Part shown: piece by piece, positions 8,968 through 18,495 of the stretch
How positions within the stretch are numbered: position 1 is the first letter of the stretch
Layout: every line of letters starts with the position of its first letter
From: Pseudomonadota bacterium
GTDB lineage: Bacteria; Pseudomonadota; Alphaproteobacteria; Rhizobiales; Xanthobacteraceae
DNA: 64,000 nucleotides
Direction: 5' to 3'
Assembly: GCA_040758515.1 (NCBI GenBank)
Contig: JBFLVM010000003.1
Coordinates: 505,426 to 569,425, forward strand
Notes under the pieces: generated by a model
Told to the model about the DNA's origin: nothing
The model's database searches: none
What the model saw: the letters and a program-made list of their open reading frames with translations, nothing else
Program-made: the position numbers and the translations under genes

Positions 8968-9001
8968 AAAAAAGTGGTCCGGGTCTAATCCCGGACCACT
9001 T
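8968..9001 (-). terminator. Intrinsic terminator-like hairpin between dctP and dctQ
   Basis: 12-bp perfect stem AAGTGGTCCGGG/CCCGGACCACTT running into T6 on the minus strand. Confidence 0.75.
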
Positions 9002-9020
9002 CGAGATTATGGCGAAAGAC

Positions 9021-10022
9021 TTAGTTGGTCTTCGCGTTCGCTTCTTTCTGGAACGATTCGATCAGGTCCTTGCCGACGCGGGTCGCCATCTCGTCGACAA
9101 CCGGCTGGAGGGCCTTTTTCCACTCTTCCTTCTCGGCCGGGGTCTGATCGTGGAACTGCGTCGTACCGGCCTTCTTCATCGCCACGATCGCGTCGTCGTT
9201 TTCCTTCTGCGAAATGCTGTTGGCGAATTCGGTCGCTTCGTCCATCGCCTTCTGCACCTGCGGCTTCACGTCGGCCGGCAGGCCGTCCCAGAACTTCTTG
9301 TTCACGATCACCGCATAGCCGATATAGCCGTGGTTGGAGATCGTGGCGTATTTCTGCACTTCGTGCATCTTCTGGGTGTAGCAGTTCGACGGCGTATTCT
9401 CGTTGCCGTCGATGACGCCGGTCTGCATCGCCTGATAGACTTCGGAGAATGCAAGCACCTGCGGAATGGCGCCGAGCGCGCGGAACTGCGCTTCGAGAAC
9501 CTTCGACGACTGAATACGCATCTTCAGGCCCTGGAAGTCGGCGACGTGGATCATCGGCTTGTTGGCCGTCATGATCTTGAAGCCGTTGTCCCAGTAAGCG
9601 AGGCCGGTGATGCCTTTCGTCTCCAGCTTGGCGAGCAGGCTTTTGCCGATCGGGCCTTTGGTGATGCGGCCGAGCGCGGCCTTGTCCGGCAGAATGTAGG
9701 GAAGATCGAACACCTCGAATTCCTTGACGCCGAGCGGGCCGAATTTCGCCAGCGACGGCGCCAGCATCTGCACGGCGCCGAGCTGAAGGGCTTCGACCTC
9801 TTCCTTGTCCTTGTAGAGCTGCGAGTTCGGATAGACCTCAACCTTCACCTTGCCGCTGGTGTATTTCTCGGCGAGTTCCTTGAACTTTTCCGCGCCCTGC
9901 CCCTTCGGCGTGTTGGTCGCGACGACGTGGCTGAACTTGATGACGATCGGCGATTGCGCCGACGCAGGCCCGACGAGGGCGAGAGCCGCAATCGAGGCGG
10001 CTGCGAGAACGAATTTTTTCAT
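9021..10022 (-). CDS. dctP: TRAP transporter substrate-binding protein (C4-dicarboxylate type)
   Basis: IKFSHVV...TPKGQGA, VYPNSQL, GLKMRIQSS, GVIDGNEN; start ATG 10022 with RBS GGAGG. Confidence 0.93.
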   Translation of the reverse strand: MKKFVLAAASIAALALVGPASAQSPIVIKFSHVVATNTPKGQGAEKFKELAEKYTSGKVKVEVYPNSQLYKDKEEVEALQLGAVQMLAPSLAKFGPLGVKEFEVFDLPYILPDKAALGRITKGPIGKSLLAKLETKGITGLAYWDNGFKIMTANKPMIHVADFQGLKMRIQSSKVLEAQFRALGAIPQVLAFSEVYQAMQTGVIDGNENTPSNCYTQKMHEVQKYATISNHGYIGYAVIVNKKFWDGLPADVKPQVQKAMDEATEFANSISQKENDDAIVAMKKAGTTQFHDQTPAEKEEWKKALQPVVDEMATRVGKDLIESFQKEANAKTN

Positions 10023-10196
10023 GTTTCCTCCGAATGGCTGAGCCGAGCGGTCGTTGATGCCGCGCTTTTCAATTTTGCCAGACCGGACCATCGCAGGCGG
10101 CGGCGGTCAAGGCCATTCGCCGTTCGCAGGGGTTTTGTTTCATGATGCTGCAACGCAAAACGCGGCGCACCGATTTGATGCGCCGCGTTTGCATAA

Positions 10197-10302
10197 TCCT
10201 CATGGTGAGGAGCCGCTCCTTAAAGCGGCGTCTCGAACCATGAGCAAAAGAAAACCCATCCTTCGAGACGCGGTCGCATGCGACCGCTCCTCAGGATGAG
10301 GA
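10197..10302. repeat. REP-like inverted doublet, family A
   Basis: Units 10197-10242 and 10257-10302 are inverted imperfect copies (TCCTCATxxTGAGGAG...CGTCTCGAAxxATG), each folding internally. Confidence 0.85.
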
Positions 10303-10311
10303 ACTGAACGG

Positions 10312-11901
10312 CTAGTGCCCTGCCGCAGCCTTGGGCATTTCTCCGCCCGCGTCGCGCTGCTTCTTCATGACGATCTTGTTCAGCGCGCCGAGATAGGCCT
10401 GCGCCGAAGCCACCAGCGTATCGGGATCGGACGCGCGCGATGTCACCGAGCGGCCGTCCTGCGACAGACGCACGGACACTTCCGCCTGCGCGTCGGTTCC
10501 TGCCGTCACGGCGTGCACCTGATACAGTTCCAGTTTCGCTGTGTGCGGCACCAGCGCCTTGATGCAGTTGAACACCGCGTCGACCGGACCGTTGCCCTCT
10601 TCCTCGGCAATCACGATCTTGCCTTCGACATCGAGCTTCATGGTGGCGCGCTGCGGGCCGCGCGTGCCGGCGACCACCGACATCGAGACAAGATGGATCT
10701 TGTCGTGGGACTGCGCGATCTCCTGATCGACCAGCGCCTCGATGTCCTCGTCGTAGATGTCCTTCTTGCGGTCGGCCAGCGCCTTGAAGCGCACGAACGC
10801 ATCTTCAAGCTGGTTCTGCGCCAGCTTGTAGCCCATCTCCTCCAGCTTGTGGATAAAGGCGTGGCGGCCCGAATGCTTGCCCATCACCAGCGATGTCTGT
10901 TTCACGCCGACGGTTTCCGGCAGCATGATCTCGTAGGTCTGCGCGTTCTTGAGCATGCCGTCCTGATGGATGCCGCTCTCATGCGCGAACGCGTTCCGGC
11001 CGACGATGGCCTTGTTGTATTGCACCGGGAACGAGGTCGCGGCTGAGACGACCTTCGACGCACGCGTCAGCATCGTGGTGTCGATGTTGGTCCAGAACGG
11101 CAATTTGTCGTTGCGGACTTTCATCGCCATCACGACTTCCTCGAGCGCGGCGTTGCCCGCGCGCTCGCCGATGCCGTTGATGGTGCATTCGATCTGCCGC
11201 GCACCGGCACGCACGCCGGCCATCGAATTCGCAACCGCCATGCCGAGATCGTCGTGGCAATGGACGGAGAACACCGCCTTGTCGGAATTCGGCACGTTCT
11301 CGCGCACGCGCTTGAACAGGTCGTAATATTCCTCCGGCACCGAATAACCCACGGTGTCCGGAATGTTGATCGTGGTCGCGCCCGCTTTGATGGCGGACTC
11401 GACGCACTTGCAGAGGAAATCGAACTCGGTGCGCGTGCCGTCTTCCGACGACCATTCGACATCTTCGGTGTGATTGCGTGCGCGCGTGACCTGCGAGATC
11501 ACCATGTCATGCACCGCGTCCGGCTCCATCTGGAGCTTGTATTTCATGTGCACCGGCGAGGTGGACAGGAAGGTGTGGATGCGGCCGCGTTTGGCCGGCT
11601 TGATCGCCTCGGCGCAGCGATCGATGTCCTTGTGCGCGGCGCGCGACAGGCCGCACACCACGGCGTTCTTGGTGCGCTTGGCGATTTCGCGCACGGCCTC
11701 GAAGTCGCCGTCGGAGGCAATCGGGAAACCGGCTTCGATAATGTCGACGCCCATCGTGTCGAGCAGTTCGGCGACTTCGAGCTTTTCCTCGAAGGTCATC
11801 GTCGCGCCGGGGCACTGTTCGCCGTCGCGCAAAGTGGTGTCGAAAATAACGACGCGGTCTTTGTCAGACGCAGTGGCGCCGGACTGTTTCGCGGTGGTCA
11901 T
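10312..11901 (-). CDS. leuA: 2-isopropylmalate synthase
   Basis: IFDTTLRDGEQ, HCHDDLG, GIGERAGNAALEE, AHESGIHQDG, C-terminal regulatory domain; start ATG 11901. Confidence 0.97.
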   Translation of the reverse strand: MTTAKQSGATASDKDRVVIFDTTLRDGEQCPGATMTFEEKLEVAELLDTMGVDIIEAGFPIASDGDFEAVREIAKRTKNAVVCGLSRAAHKDIDRCAEAIKPAKRGRIHTFLSTSPVHMKYKLQMEPDAVHDMVISQVTRARNHTEDVEWSSEDGTRTEFDFLCKCVESAIKAGATTINIPDTVGYSVPEEYYDLFKRVRENVPNSDKAVFSVHCHDDLGMAVANSMAGVRAGARQIECTINGIGERAGNAALEEVVMAMKVRNDKLPFWTNIDTTMLTRASKVVSAATSFPVQYNKAIVGRNAFAHESGIHQDGMLKNAQTYEIMLPETVGVKQTSLVMGKHSGRHAFIHKLEEMGYKLAQNQLEDAFVRFKALADRKKDIYDEDIEALVDQEIAQSHDKIHLVSMSVVAGTRGPQRATMKLDVEGKIVIAEEEGNGPVDAVFNCIKALVPHTAKLELYQVHAVTAGTDAQAEVSVRLSQDGRSVTSRASDPDTLVASAQAYLGALNKIVMKKQRDAGGEMPKAAAGH

Positions 11902-12000
11902 GGGAAAATTCCTTCGGTCAGATGCGCTTGATAAGGCGCTGTGGGTTTCGGTGCTTCGTCGAACCCCCTGAGTGCCCAGGCGCAAATGCCCAGACGGCCC

Positions 12001-12132
12001 TCAGGGGCCGATAAGAAGCAGAAGGCCGCCAAGGAGGCTGCCACGCGAGGAACCCAGCGAAATGGCAGGCGCGCCGAACCCGGCAGCAAAAGCCGCCCTG
12101 TCCTGTCCGCGCTGATCGTCACGAATCGCCAT
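12001..12132 (-). promoter_or_regulatory. leuA leader peptide (43 aa, Leu-rich C-terminus)
   Basis: MAIRDDQ...RGSLLGGLLLLIGP*, six Leu in the last 11 codons (four CTT); RBS AGAGGA; stop lies within an 8-bp helix CCCCTGAG/CTCAGGGG. Confidence 0.75.
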
Positions 12133-12258
12133 TCCACATCCTCTGAAACGCATGTTCGGGCCAAACCGTTGACGGATGGTTTCCAAACCGTTTCGACCGG
12201 CGTTCTAGACGAGAAATGCCAGCCCCGGCAACGCCAAATAACGGTCAGCCGCTCTGAC

Positions 12259-13344
12259 CTATTCCCTGGTCTGCGGCTTCAACTGGCCGAAGCCGGGCGG
12301 GACCGGCGTATCGCCGCCGAAAATGCGCGCGATCATCATGGCGCCGATTTCCGGCCTGAAATGCGCGTAGTCCAGCCAGACGCCGGCCTTGTCGGTGATC
12401 GGCCCCGGCGAAGCGAAATCCCATATCTCGGTGATGCGGTTGATGCGCGCGGCGATGGCGTCGAGTTCGCCCGGCCGGTAGAGATTGATATTCGCGCGCT
12501 GCAACGGCGTCGTCGCCACCGTCAGCTTGATGCCGTGCTCGCGGCAAAGCTCGACAAACAGATAGATCAGCGCGAGCTGACGGTCGATGTCGGGACGGCT
12601 GGTGATCCAGTATTTGCGGAATTGCTCGCCGGGCTCGTCGCTCAACAACGATGCGATGCGGGCATGCGCCTCGCTGACGAACAGCGCCCCAAGACTGGGC
12701 GGCGCGACGCGCGGCAATGAATTCGCCTGGCGCTCGCGGCTGCCGGTGCCCTGCTCCAGCGATGTAAACGAAATGAATTTCGGATCGGGATTTTTCTCGC
12801 CTGACAGCGCGCCCTTGATGCCGTCGCGCCATGTCAGGAATTGCACGGCGGTGAGATAGCGCCACCAGAACCGCACCTTCGAGCCGCCGGTGACTTCCGG
12901 CGGCAGAAAGCAGTCGATGTTCACATTGGTCCATGCCGGTTTGCCGAGCAGATCGGTGTCCAGCATCAGGAACACCGATTTGATTTTCTCGCCGCGCTTG
13001 TCCTTGTCGCGCAGAATATATTCGAGCACCGGCAGATGATCGGAAATCAGCCCATACGGCACGGCCTGATCGTGCAGTCTGGTTGCGCCCATTGCCTTGG
13101 CAAGCTGCGCCTGATCGATGCTGTAGCCGCGCGACGACGAGAAGAACAACGCATCGACCTGACTTGCATTCTTCTGATAGTCGCGCACGCCGAGATAGCG
13201 GTAGTTCGGATGGCGGCGCGGGAATAACTCCGTGCCGAACACAGCCTCGGGATCGATCAGCACATTCGCCAGCGCCGTTCCCATAAACAGCGCGGCTGCG
13301 GCGATCATCAGTCCGATGGCAAATCTGCGCGGCGTCATCGTCAT
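12259..13344 (-). CDS. SGNH/DltD-like periplasmic partner of the MBOAT protein (putative O-acyltransferase)
   Basis: One N-terminal TM (ANVLIDP); block-I-like FSSSRG; C-terminal DYAH (DxxH); 4 bp downstream of the MBOAT gene. Confidence 0.6.
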   Translation of the reverse strand: MTMTPRRFAIGLMIAAAALFMGTALANVLIDPEAVFGTELFPRRHPNYRYLGVRDYQKNASQVDALFFSSSRGYSIDQAQLAKAMGATRLHDQAVPYGLISDHLPVLEYILRDKDKRGEKIKSVFLMLDTDLLGKPAWTNVNIDCFLPPEVTGGSKVRFWWRYLTAVQFLTWRDGIKGALSGEKNPDPKFISFTSLEQGTGSRERQANSLPRVAPPSLGALFVSEAHARIASLLSDEPGEQFRKYWITSRPDIDRQLALIYLFVELCREHGIKLTVATTPLQRANINLYRPGELDAIAARINRITEIWDFASPGPITDKAGVWLDYAHFRPEIGAMMIARIFGGDTPVPPGFGQLKPQTRE

Positions 13345-13348
13345 TCCA

Positions 13349-14866
13349 TCAGAACTGATAATAGAGAAATTCGGTGAAACTGTTCAGATTTGCGAACACC
13401 AGCGCGAACAGCACAGCCAGCAGCGCCAGCCGGATCGGCGTCGGCTGCCACGCGAACAGCCACGCCGAGCGCCGCCAGTTGGAATGCGGCTCGTTCTCGC
13501 GATAGTCCACCATTTCCATCGTGTCGGGAACGAACAGCGCAATCGCCAGCATGCCTGCGGTAATCAGCGAGGCGACCACGGTCCAGTGCGAGCCGAGCCA
13601 CCCCCGCACGAATGCCTCCGTCACGTAACCCTTGCTGATGATCCACGCGTCGGTGTTGACCGCGAGCGCAGCATCCGCCGGCGCGTGACCGAACCCGGCC
13701 ATCGCCTCGATCATGTGCCATGCGGTGGCGAAATTCGGCGCGCGGAAAAATGTCATGCCGACCGCGAACGTCATGAACGTCAGAAACCAGCCGATCAGTT
13801 TTCCGTACCACGCCGGGTCACGCTTGCCGGTGAGCGAGCGCCAGGCGTGATTGATCGTCAGCGCCACGCCGTGCAGCGCGCCCCAGGCGATGAAGGTCCA
13901 GTTTGCGCCGTGCCACAACCCGCCGAGCAGCATGGTCAGAAACAGATTGACCGAGCGGCGTATGGGGCCCGCCTCATTGCCGCCGAGCGGCACGTAAACG
14001 AAATCGCGCAGAAAGCGCGACAGCGTGATGTGCCAGCGCCGCCACAGATCGATGATGCTGGTCGAACGGAAAGGTGCGGCGAAATTCAGCGGCAGACGAA
14101 GGTTGAACAGAAGACCCAGTCCGACCGCCATGTCGGAATAGCCGGAGAAATCGAAATAGAGTTGCAGCGAATAGGCAATCGACGCGCCCCATGCGGCGGC
14201 GGCGGTGACGGGCACACCGGCGGCGGCCGCATCGAACACGAGGCCGACATGCGGCGCGAGACGGTCCGCGAGCAGCACTTTTTTCGTGAGACCCAGACAG
14301 AAGATCGTCAGACCCAGTGCGATATTGTTCCAGTCGGCGCGGTAGCGGATTTTGTCCGCAAGCTGCGGGCCGAGTTCGTTCCAGCGCACGATCGGGCCGG
14401 CGATCAGATGCGGAAAGAACGACACGAACATCGCATAGGTCGGCATGTGAAGCCGCGTCGGCCAGCGCGAGGTCTCGATCAGGAACGCGATCTGCACGAA
14501 GGTCGTGAACGACAGCGCCAGCGGCACGTCCGGCACGCCGGGGTTGCGGCCCTCGAAGATCGACAGCAGAAAATCGAAATATTTGAAATAGCCGAGCACC
14601 AGCAGATTGGCGGTGACGCCCGCGATCACCATGCGTCGCGCGCTGGCTTTGTCGGCCTGCTGGATTTTCTGCGCCAGCCAGAAGTTGAACAGAATGGATA
14701 ACACCGGGAGCACGACGAAGGGCGGCTTCCACCACGCATAGAAGCACAGCGACGAGATCGTCGTCATGATCGCGGCGGCGGCGAGGCTGCGGCGCGCCAC
14801 GAGAAAATGCAGAACGACGGCGAGCGGCAGAAAGACAAAAATGAATTCGGTGGAATTGAAAAGCAT
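13349..14866 (-). CDS. MBOAT family O-acyltransferase (AlgI/DltB-like)
   Basis: MLFNSTEF, FFPHLIAGPIVR, LYFDFSGYSDMAVG, WRRWHITLSRFLRD, GLWHGANWTF. Confidence 0.95.
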   Translation of the reverse strand: MLFNSTEFIFVFLPLAVVLHFLVARRSLAAAAIMTTISSLCFYAWWKPPFVVLPVLSILFNFWLAQKIQQADKASARRMVIAGVTANLLVLGYFKYFDFLLSIFEGRNPGVPDVPLALSFTTFVQIAFLIETSRWPTRLHMPTYAMFVSFFPHLIAGPIVRWNELGPQLADKIRYRADWNNIALGLTIFCLGLTKKVLLADRLAPHVGLVFDAAAAGVPVTAAAAWGASIAYSLQLYFDFSGYSDMAVGLGLLFNLRLPLNFAAPFRSTSIIDLWRRWHITLSRFLRDFVYVPLGGNEAGPIRRSVNLFLTMLLGGLWHGANWTFIAWGALHGVALTINHAWRSLTGKRDPAWYGKLIGWFLTFMTFAVGMTFFRAPNFATAWHMIEAMAGFGHAPADAALAVNTDAWIISKGYVTEAFVRGWLGSHWTVVASLITAGMLAIALFVPDTMEMVDYRENEPHSNWRRSAWLFAWQPTPIRLALLAVLFALVFANLNSFTEFLYYQF

Positions 14867-14961
14867 CGCAGAAATCAGTCCAGACCCGGCGCGCCTGCCC
14901 GCCGCTTCGCCATATCACGGAGGCTTCGTCCCAAGTCAAGTGCGCGGGGCCGTATCCGCTT

Positions 14962-15918
14962 TCAGGCGCCGTCAACCTTCTTCTTTTTCGGCATATTGGC
15001 GGCGGCGCGGCCTTCCTTTTCGAGTGTGTCGCGCGCCTTTTTCAGTTCATCGCCCTTGCCCTTCTCAGGGTCGGGGAATTTCAGGTCGAGGCTTTCCATC
15101 GCAGTCACGATGGCAGAACTGATGACGGTACGCGCGAACCATTTGTGATCGGCCGGCACGACGAACCACGGCGCATGCTTCGCGGACGTGTTGCGGACCA
15201 CATCCTGATAGGCCGCATGATACTTGTCCCACAGCGCGCGCTCCGCAACATCGCCGAGCGAGAACTTCCAGTTCTTGGCGGGCTGCTCCAGCCGGTCGAG
15301 AAACCGCTTGCGCTGTTCTTCCTTCGAGACATTGAGAAAGAATTTGAGGATCACCGTGCCGTTGCGCGCGAGATATTTCTCGAACGCGGCGACATCCTCG
15401 AACCGTTCACGCCAGATGCTTCTGGTGACGAGTTGAGCGGGAATGCGCTCCCTGGCGAGCACGTCGGGGTGGACGCGCACCACCAGCATCTCTTCGTAGT
15501 AAGAGCGGTTGAAGATGCCGATGCGCCCGCGTTCCGGCAGGCAGATCGTGCTGCGCCAGAGAAAATCGTGATCCAGTTCCTTCGTCGAGGGCTGTTTGAA
15601 CGAATAGACCTCGCAGCCCTGCGGATTGATTCCGGACATGATGTTTTCGATGGCGCTGTCTTTCCCGGCGGCGTCCATGCCCTGAAAGATCAATAACAGC
15701 GACCAGCGGTCCTGCGCGTAGAGCTTTTCCTGAAGCTCGCGAATCCGGCCGCGATTTCGGTCGACGATCTTGTGCGCGGCGTCCTTGTCGAGCCCGCCCC
15801 TCTCGCCTGGTTTGTGCGACTTGAGATGGAATTCGCGCGAGCCGTCCACCCGAAACGGATCGACATATGGCTTCACCTGTTTCGCGAGCGGCTGCGATGC
15901 GCTGTCTTTCTTCGTCAT
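14962..15918 (-). CDS. ppk2: Polyphosphate kinase 2 family (class III-like polyP:nucleotide phosphotransferase)
   Basis: FQGMDAAGKDSAI Walker A, IFNRSYYEE, KFFLNVSKEEQ, VPADHKW. Confidence 0.92.
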   Translation of the reverse strand: MTKKDSASQPLAKQVKPYVDPFRVDGSREFHLKSHKPGERGGLDKDAAHKIVDRNRGRIRELQEKLYAQDRWSLLLIFQGMDAAGKDSAIENIMSGINPQGCEVYSFKQPSTKELDHDFLWRSTICLPERGRIGIFNRSYYEEMLVVRVHPDVLARERIPAQLVTRSIWRERFEDVAAFEKYLARNGTVILKFFLNVSKEEQRKRFLDRLEQPAKNWKFSLGDVAERALWDKYHAAYQDVVRNTSAKHAPWFVVPADHKWFARTVISSAIVTAMESLDLKFPDPEKGKGDELKKARDTLEKEGRAAANMPKKKKVDGA

Positions 15919-16022
15919 GAATGGAAACACTCCGAGGGACGCCGCGAAGCTACACGCCGGAAACCGTCCGCGCCAGTGTCGCGGTCATCGACAGCGCAAA
16001 GTGCATGGTTCATCATCGCGTC

Positions 16023-16808
16023 ATGTCCGGTACAGAATCCGCCATCGCGTTTGAGCATGTCAGCAAGAGCTTCGCGCGCGGACAGACCAAGGCCGTCGAT
16101 GATGTGTCGCTTGCCGTCGCGCCCGGCGAATTTCTCGCCATCGTCGGCGGATCGGGTTCCGGCAAGACGACGCTTCTCAGATTGGTCAACCGCCTGATCG
16201 CGCCGGACAGCGGCACGGTGCGTGTGTTGGGAAAAGACGTGCAGAGCCTCGATCCGATTCAGCTTCGCCGCAGCATCGGCTATGTATTCCAGAACGGCGG
16301 ACTGTTTCCGCACATGACGGTGGCGCAGAATATCGGCATCACGCCGCGCCTGTCCGGCGGCGATCCGCAGAAAATTTCCGCACGCGTCGATGAACTGATC
16401 GATCTGGTGCGGCTGGATCTTAGCCATCGCGACCGGCTGACGCAGCAGATGTCCGGCGGGCAGCGCCAGCGCGTCGGCGTTGCGCGTGCGCTCGCGGCTA
16501 GTCCGAAAATCGTTCTGATGGACGAACCGTTCGGCGCGCTCGATCCCTTGACGCGCGACGCGCTCGGCGAGGATTACAAAACATTACACCGCAAGCTCGG
16601 CCTCACCACCGTGATGATTACGCACGACATGGCGGAAGCCGTGCTGCTGGCCGATCGCATCGCGGTGATGGAGAAAGGACATCTCAAGGGACAGGGCACG
16701 GCCGCGCAGCTTGCCAACAGCGGCGATTCCTATGTCGGCCAGTTGCTCGGCACGCCGCGACGGCAGGCCGAACGGTTACAGGCGTTGCTGGCCAAGAGCA
16801 CGTCATGA
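16023..16808 (+). CDS. Osmoprotectant ABC transporter ATP-binding protein (OpuA/OsmV-like)
   Basis: GGSGSGKTT, MSGGQRQRVGVARAL, LMDEPFGALD. Confidence 0.92.
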   Translation: MSGTESAIAFEHVSKSFARGQTKAVDDVSLAVAPGEFLAIVGGSGSGKTTLLRLVNRLIAPDSGTVRVLGKDVQSLDPIQLRRSIGYVFQNGGLFPHMTVAQNIGITPRLSGGDPQKISARVDELIDLVRLDLSHRDRLTQQMSGGQRQRVGVARALAASPKIVLMDEPFGALDPLTRDALGEDYKTLHRKLGLTTVMITHDMAEAVLLADRIAVMEKGHLKGQGTAAQLANSGDSYVGQLLGTPRRQAERLQALLAKSTS

Positions 16809-16818
16809 AGAGCGCGCC

Positions 16819-18378
16819 ATGAATCTTTTTTCCGATCCGCGCTGGGCCGACGCGCTCACCCGCCTGCCGGATTATCTCGGCAATCATGTGCGCGTCAGCC
16901 TCACCGCGCTCGCGCTCGGCCTTGCGATCAGCTTTCCGCTGGCGCTGGTCGTGCGGCGGCGTCCGGTGCTGCGCGATGTGACGCTCGGCATCGCCAGCAT
17001 CGTGCAGACAATCCCCGGCCTCGCGCTGCTCGCATTGTTCTATCCGCTGCTGCTGGCGCTGGCGGCGTTGTCGCTGCAATGGTTCGGATATAAATTTTCA
17101 GCATTCGGATTTTTGCCCGCTGTGCTGGCGCTCGCGCTCTACAGCATGCTCCCCGTTTTACGAAACACCATCACCGGGCTTGAAGGCATCGATCCGGCGC
17201 TGACCGAGGCTGCCGAAGGCGTCGGCATGACATCACGGCAATCTTTAACGATAGTCGAACTGCCGCTGGCGCTGCCGGTCATCATGGCGGGCATCCGTAC
17301 CGCAGCAGTCTGGGTGATCGGCACGGCCACGCTCTCCACGCCCATCGGTCAGACCAGTCTCGGAAACTATATCTTCGCCGGACTACAGACGCAGAACTGG
17401 GTGTTCGTGCTGTTCGGCTGCGGCGCTGCGGCGGCGCTCGCGCTCGCCGTCGATCAATTGCTGGCGCTGGCCGAGAACGGCGTTGCCCGCCGCAGCCGCA
17501 TGCGAATCGTGCTCGGACTTTTCGGAATCGTTGCGCTGATCGTAGCCACGCTGATTCCTTCGATCGGGCGCGCGAAGGCAAGTTACATCGTCGGCGCGAA
17601 AACATTTACCGAGCAATACATCCTCTCGTCGCTGATCGCGCAGCGATTGCAGGCGGCGGGACTTTCCGCAAGCCCGCGCGAAGGCCTCGGCTCCAACGTG
17701 ATCTTCGAGGCGCTGGCAACCAACGACATCGATGTCTATGTCGATTATTCCGGCACGCTCTGGCTCAATCAGCTCAAGCGCACCGACACGCCGCCGCGCG
17801 GCGAATTGTTGAAACAACTCAAATCGGCGCTCGCGGACAAGTATAAAATTTCACTCATCGGCGAGCTTGGCTTCGAGAACGCCTATGCGCTGGTGATGCC
17901 GCGCAGGCGCGCGGAATCGCTCGGCATCAGATCGATTGCCGATCTCGCACCGCGCGCGGGCACGATGACGATCGCGGGCGACTATGAATTTTTCTCCCGA
18001 CCGGAATGGGCGGCGCTGAAACAGAATTACAATCTCGCCTTTCGCCAGCAGCGGCAGATGCAGCCGGATTTCATGTATGCCGCTGTCGCCTCCGGCGAAG
18101 TCGATGTGATCGCCGGCTACACCAGCGACGGGCTGATCGCGAAATACGATCTCGTCGTGCTCGACGATCCGAAGCACGCGATCCCGCCCTACGACGCCAT
18201 CATGCTGGTCTCGCCGAAACGCGCGGATGACAACGACCTGATGAAATCGCTCCAGCCGCTACTGGGCAAGATTTCCATCGCGGCGATGCGCGAAGCCAAT
18301 CTGCGCGCGGCGTCGAACGACGGCACGAGTTCGCCCGACGAAGTCGCGCGCTGGCTGTGGGAGAAGATCGGGAAGTAA
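16819..18378 (+). CDS. Fused glycine betaine/choline ABC permease plus substrate-binding protein
   Basis: Permease with EAAEGVGMT loop fused to an OpuAC-like domain (GAKTFTEQYIL, FENAYALVM, PPYDA); start ATG 16819. Confidence 0.92.
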   Translation: MNLFSDPRWADALTRLPDYLGNHVRVSLTALALGLAISFPLALVVRRRPVLRDVTLGIASIVQTIPGLALLALFYPLLLALAALSLQWFGYKFSAFGFLPAVLALALYSMLPVLRNTITGLEGIDPALTEAAEGVGMTSRQSLTIVELPLALPVIMAGIRTAAVWVIGTATLSTPIGQTSLGNYIFAGLQTQNWVFVLFGCGAAAALALAVDQLLALAENGVARRSRMRIVLGLFGIVALIVATLIPSIGRAKASYIVGAKTFTEQYILSSLIAQRLQAAGLSASPREGLGSNVIFEALATNDIDVYVDYSGTLWLNQLKRTDTPPRGELLKQLKSALADKYKISLIGELGFENAYALVMPRRRAESLGIRSIADLAPRAGTMTIAGDYEFFSRPEWAALKQNYNLAFRQQRQMQPDFMYAAVASGEVDVIAGYTSDGLIAKYDLVVLDDPKHAIPPYDAIMLVSPKRADDNDLMKSLQPLLGKISIAAMREANLRAASNDGTSSPDEVARWLWEKIGK

Positions 18379-18380
18379 CC

Positions 18381-18486
18381 CGTCATCCTGAGGTGCGAGC
18401 CGCTTCGCGAGCCTCGAAGGATGACGACACAATGATGGACGTCGCCCTTCGAGGCCGCCGCTTCGCGTCGGCACCTCAGGGTGACG
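18381..18486. repeat. REP-like inverted doublet (family A variant) between convergent genes
   Basis: 18381-18426 CGTCATCCTGAGGTGC...CCTCGAAGGATGACG and an inverted copy at 18440-18486. Confidence 0.85.
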
Positions 18487-18495
18487 TTCAACGAT

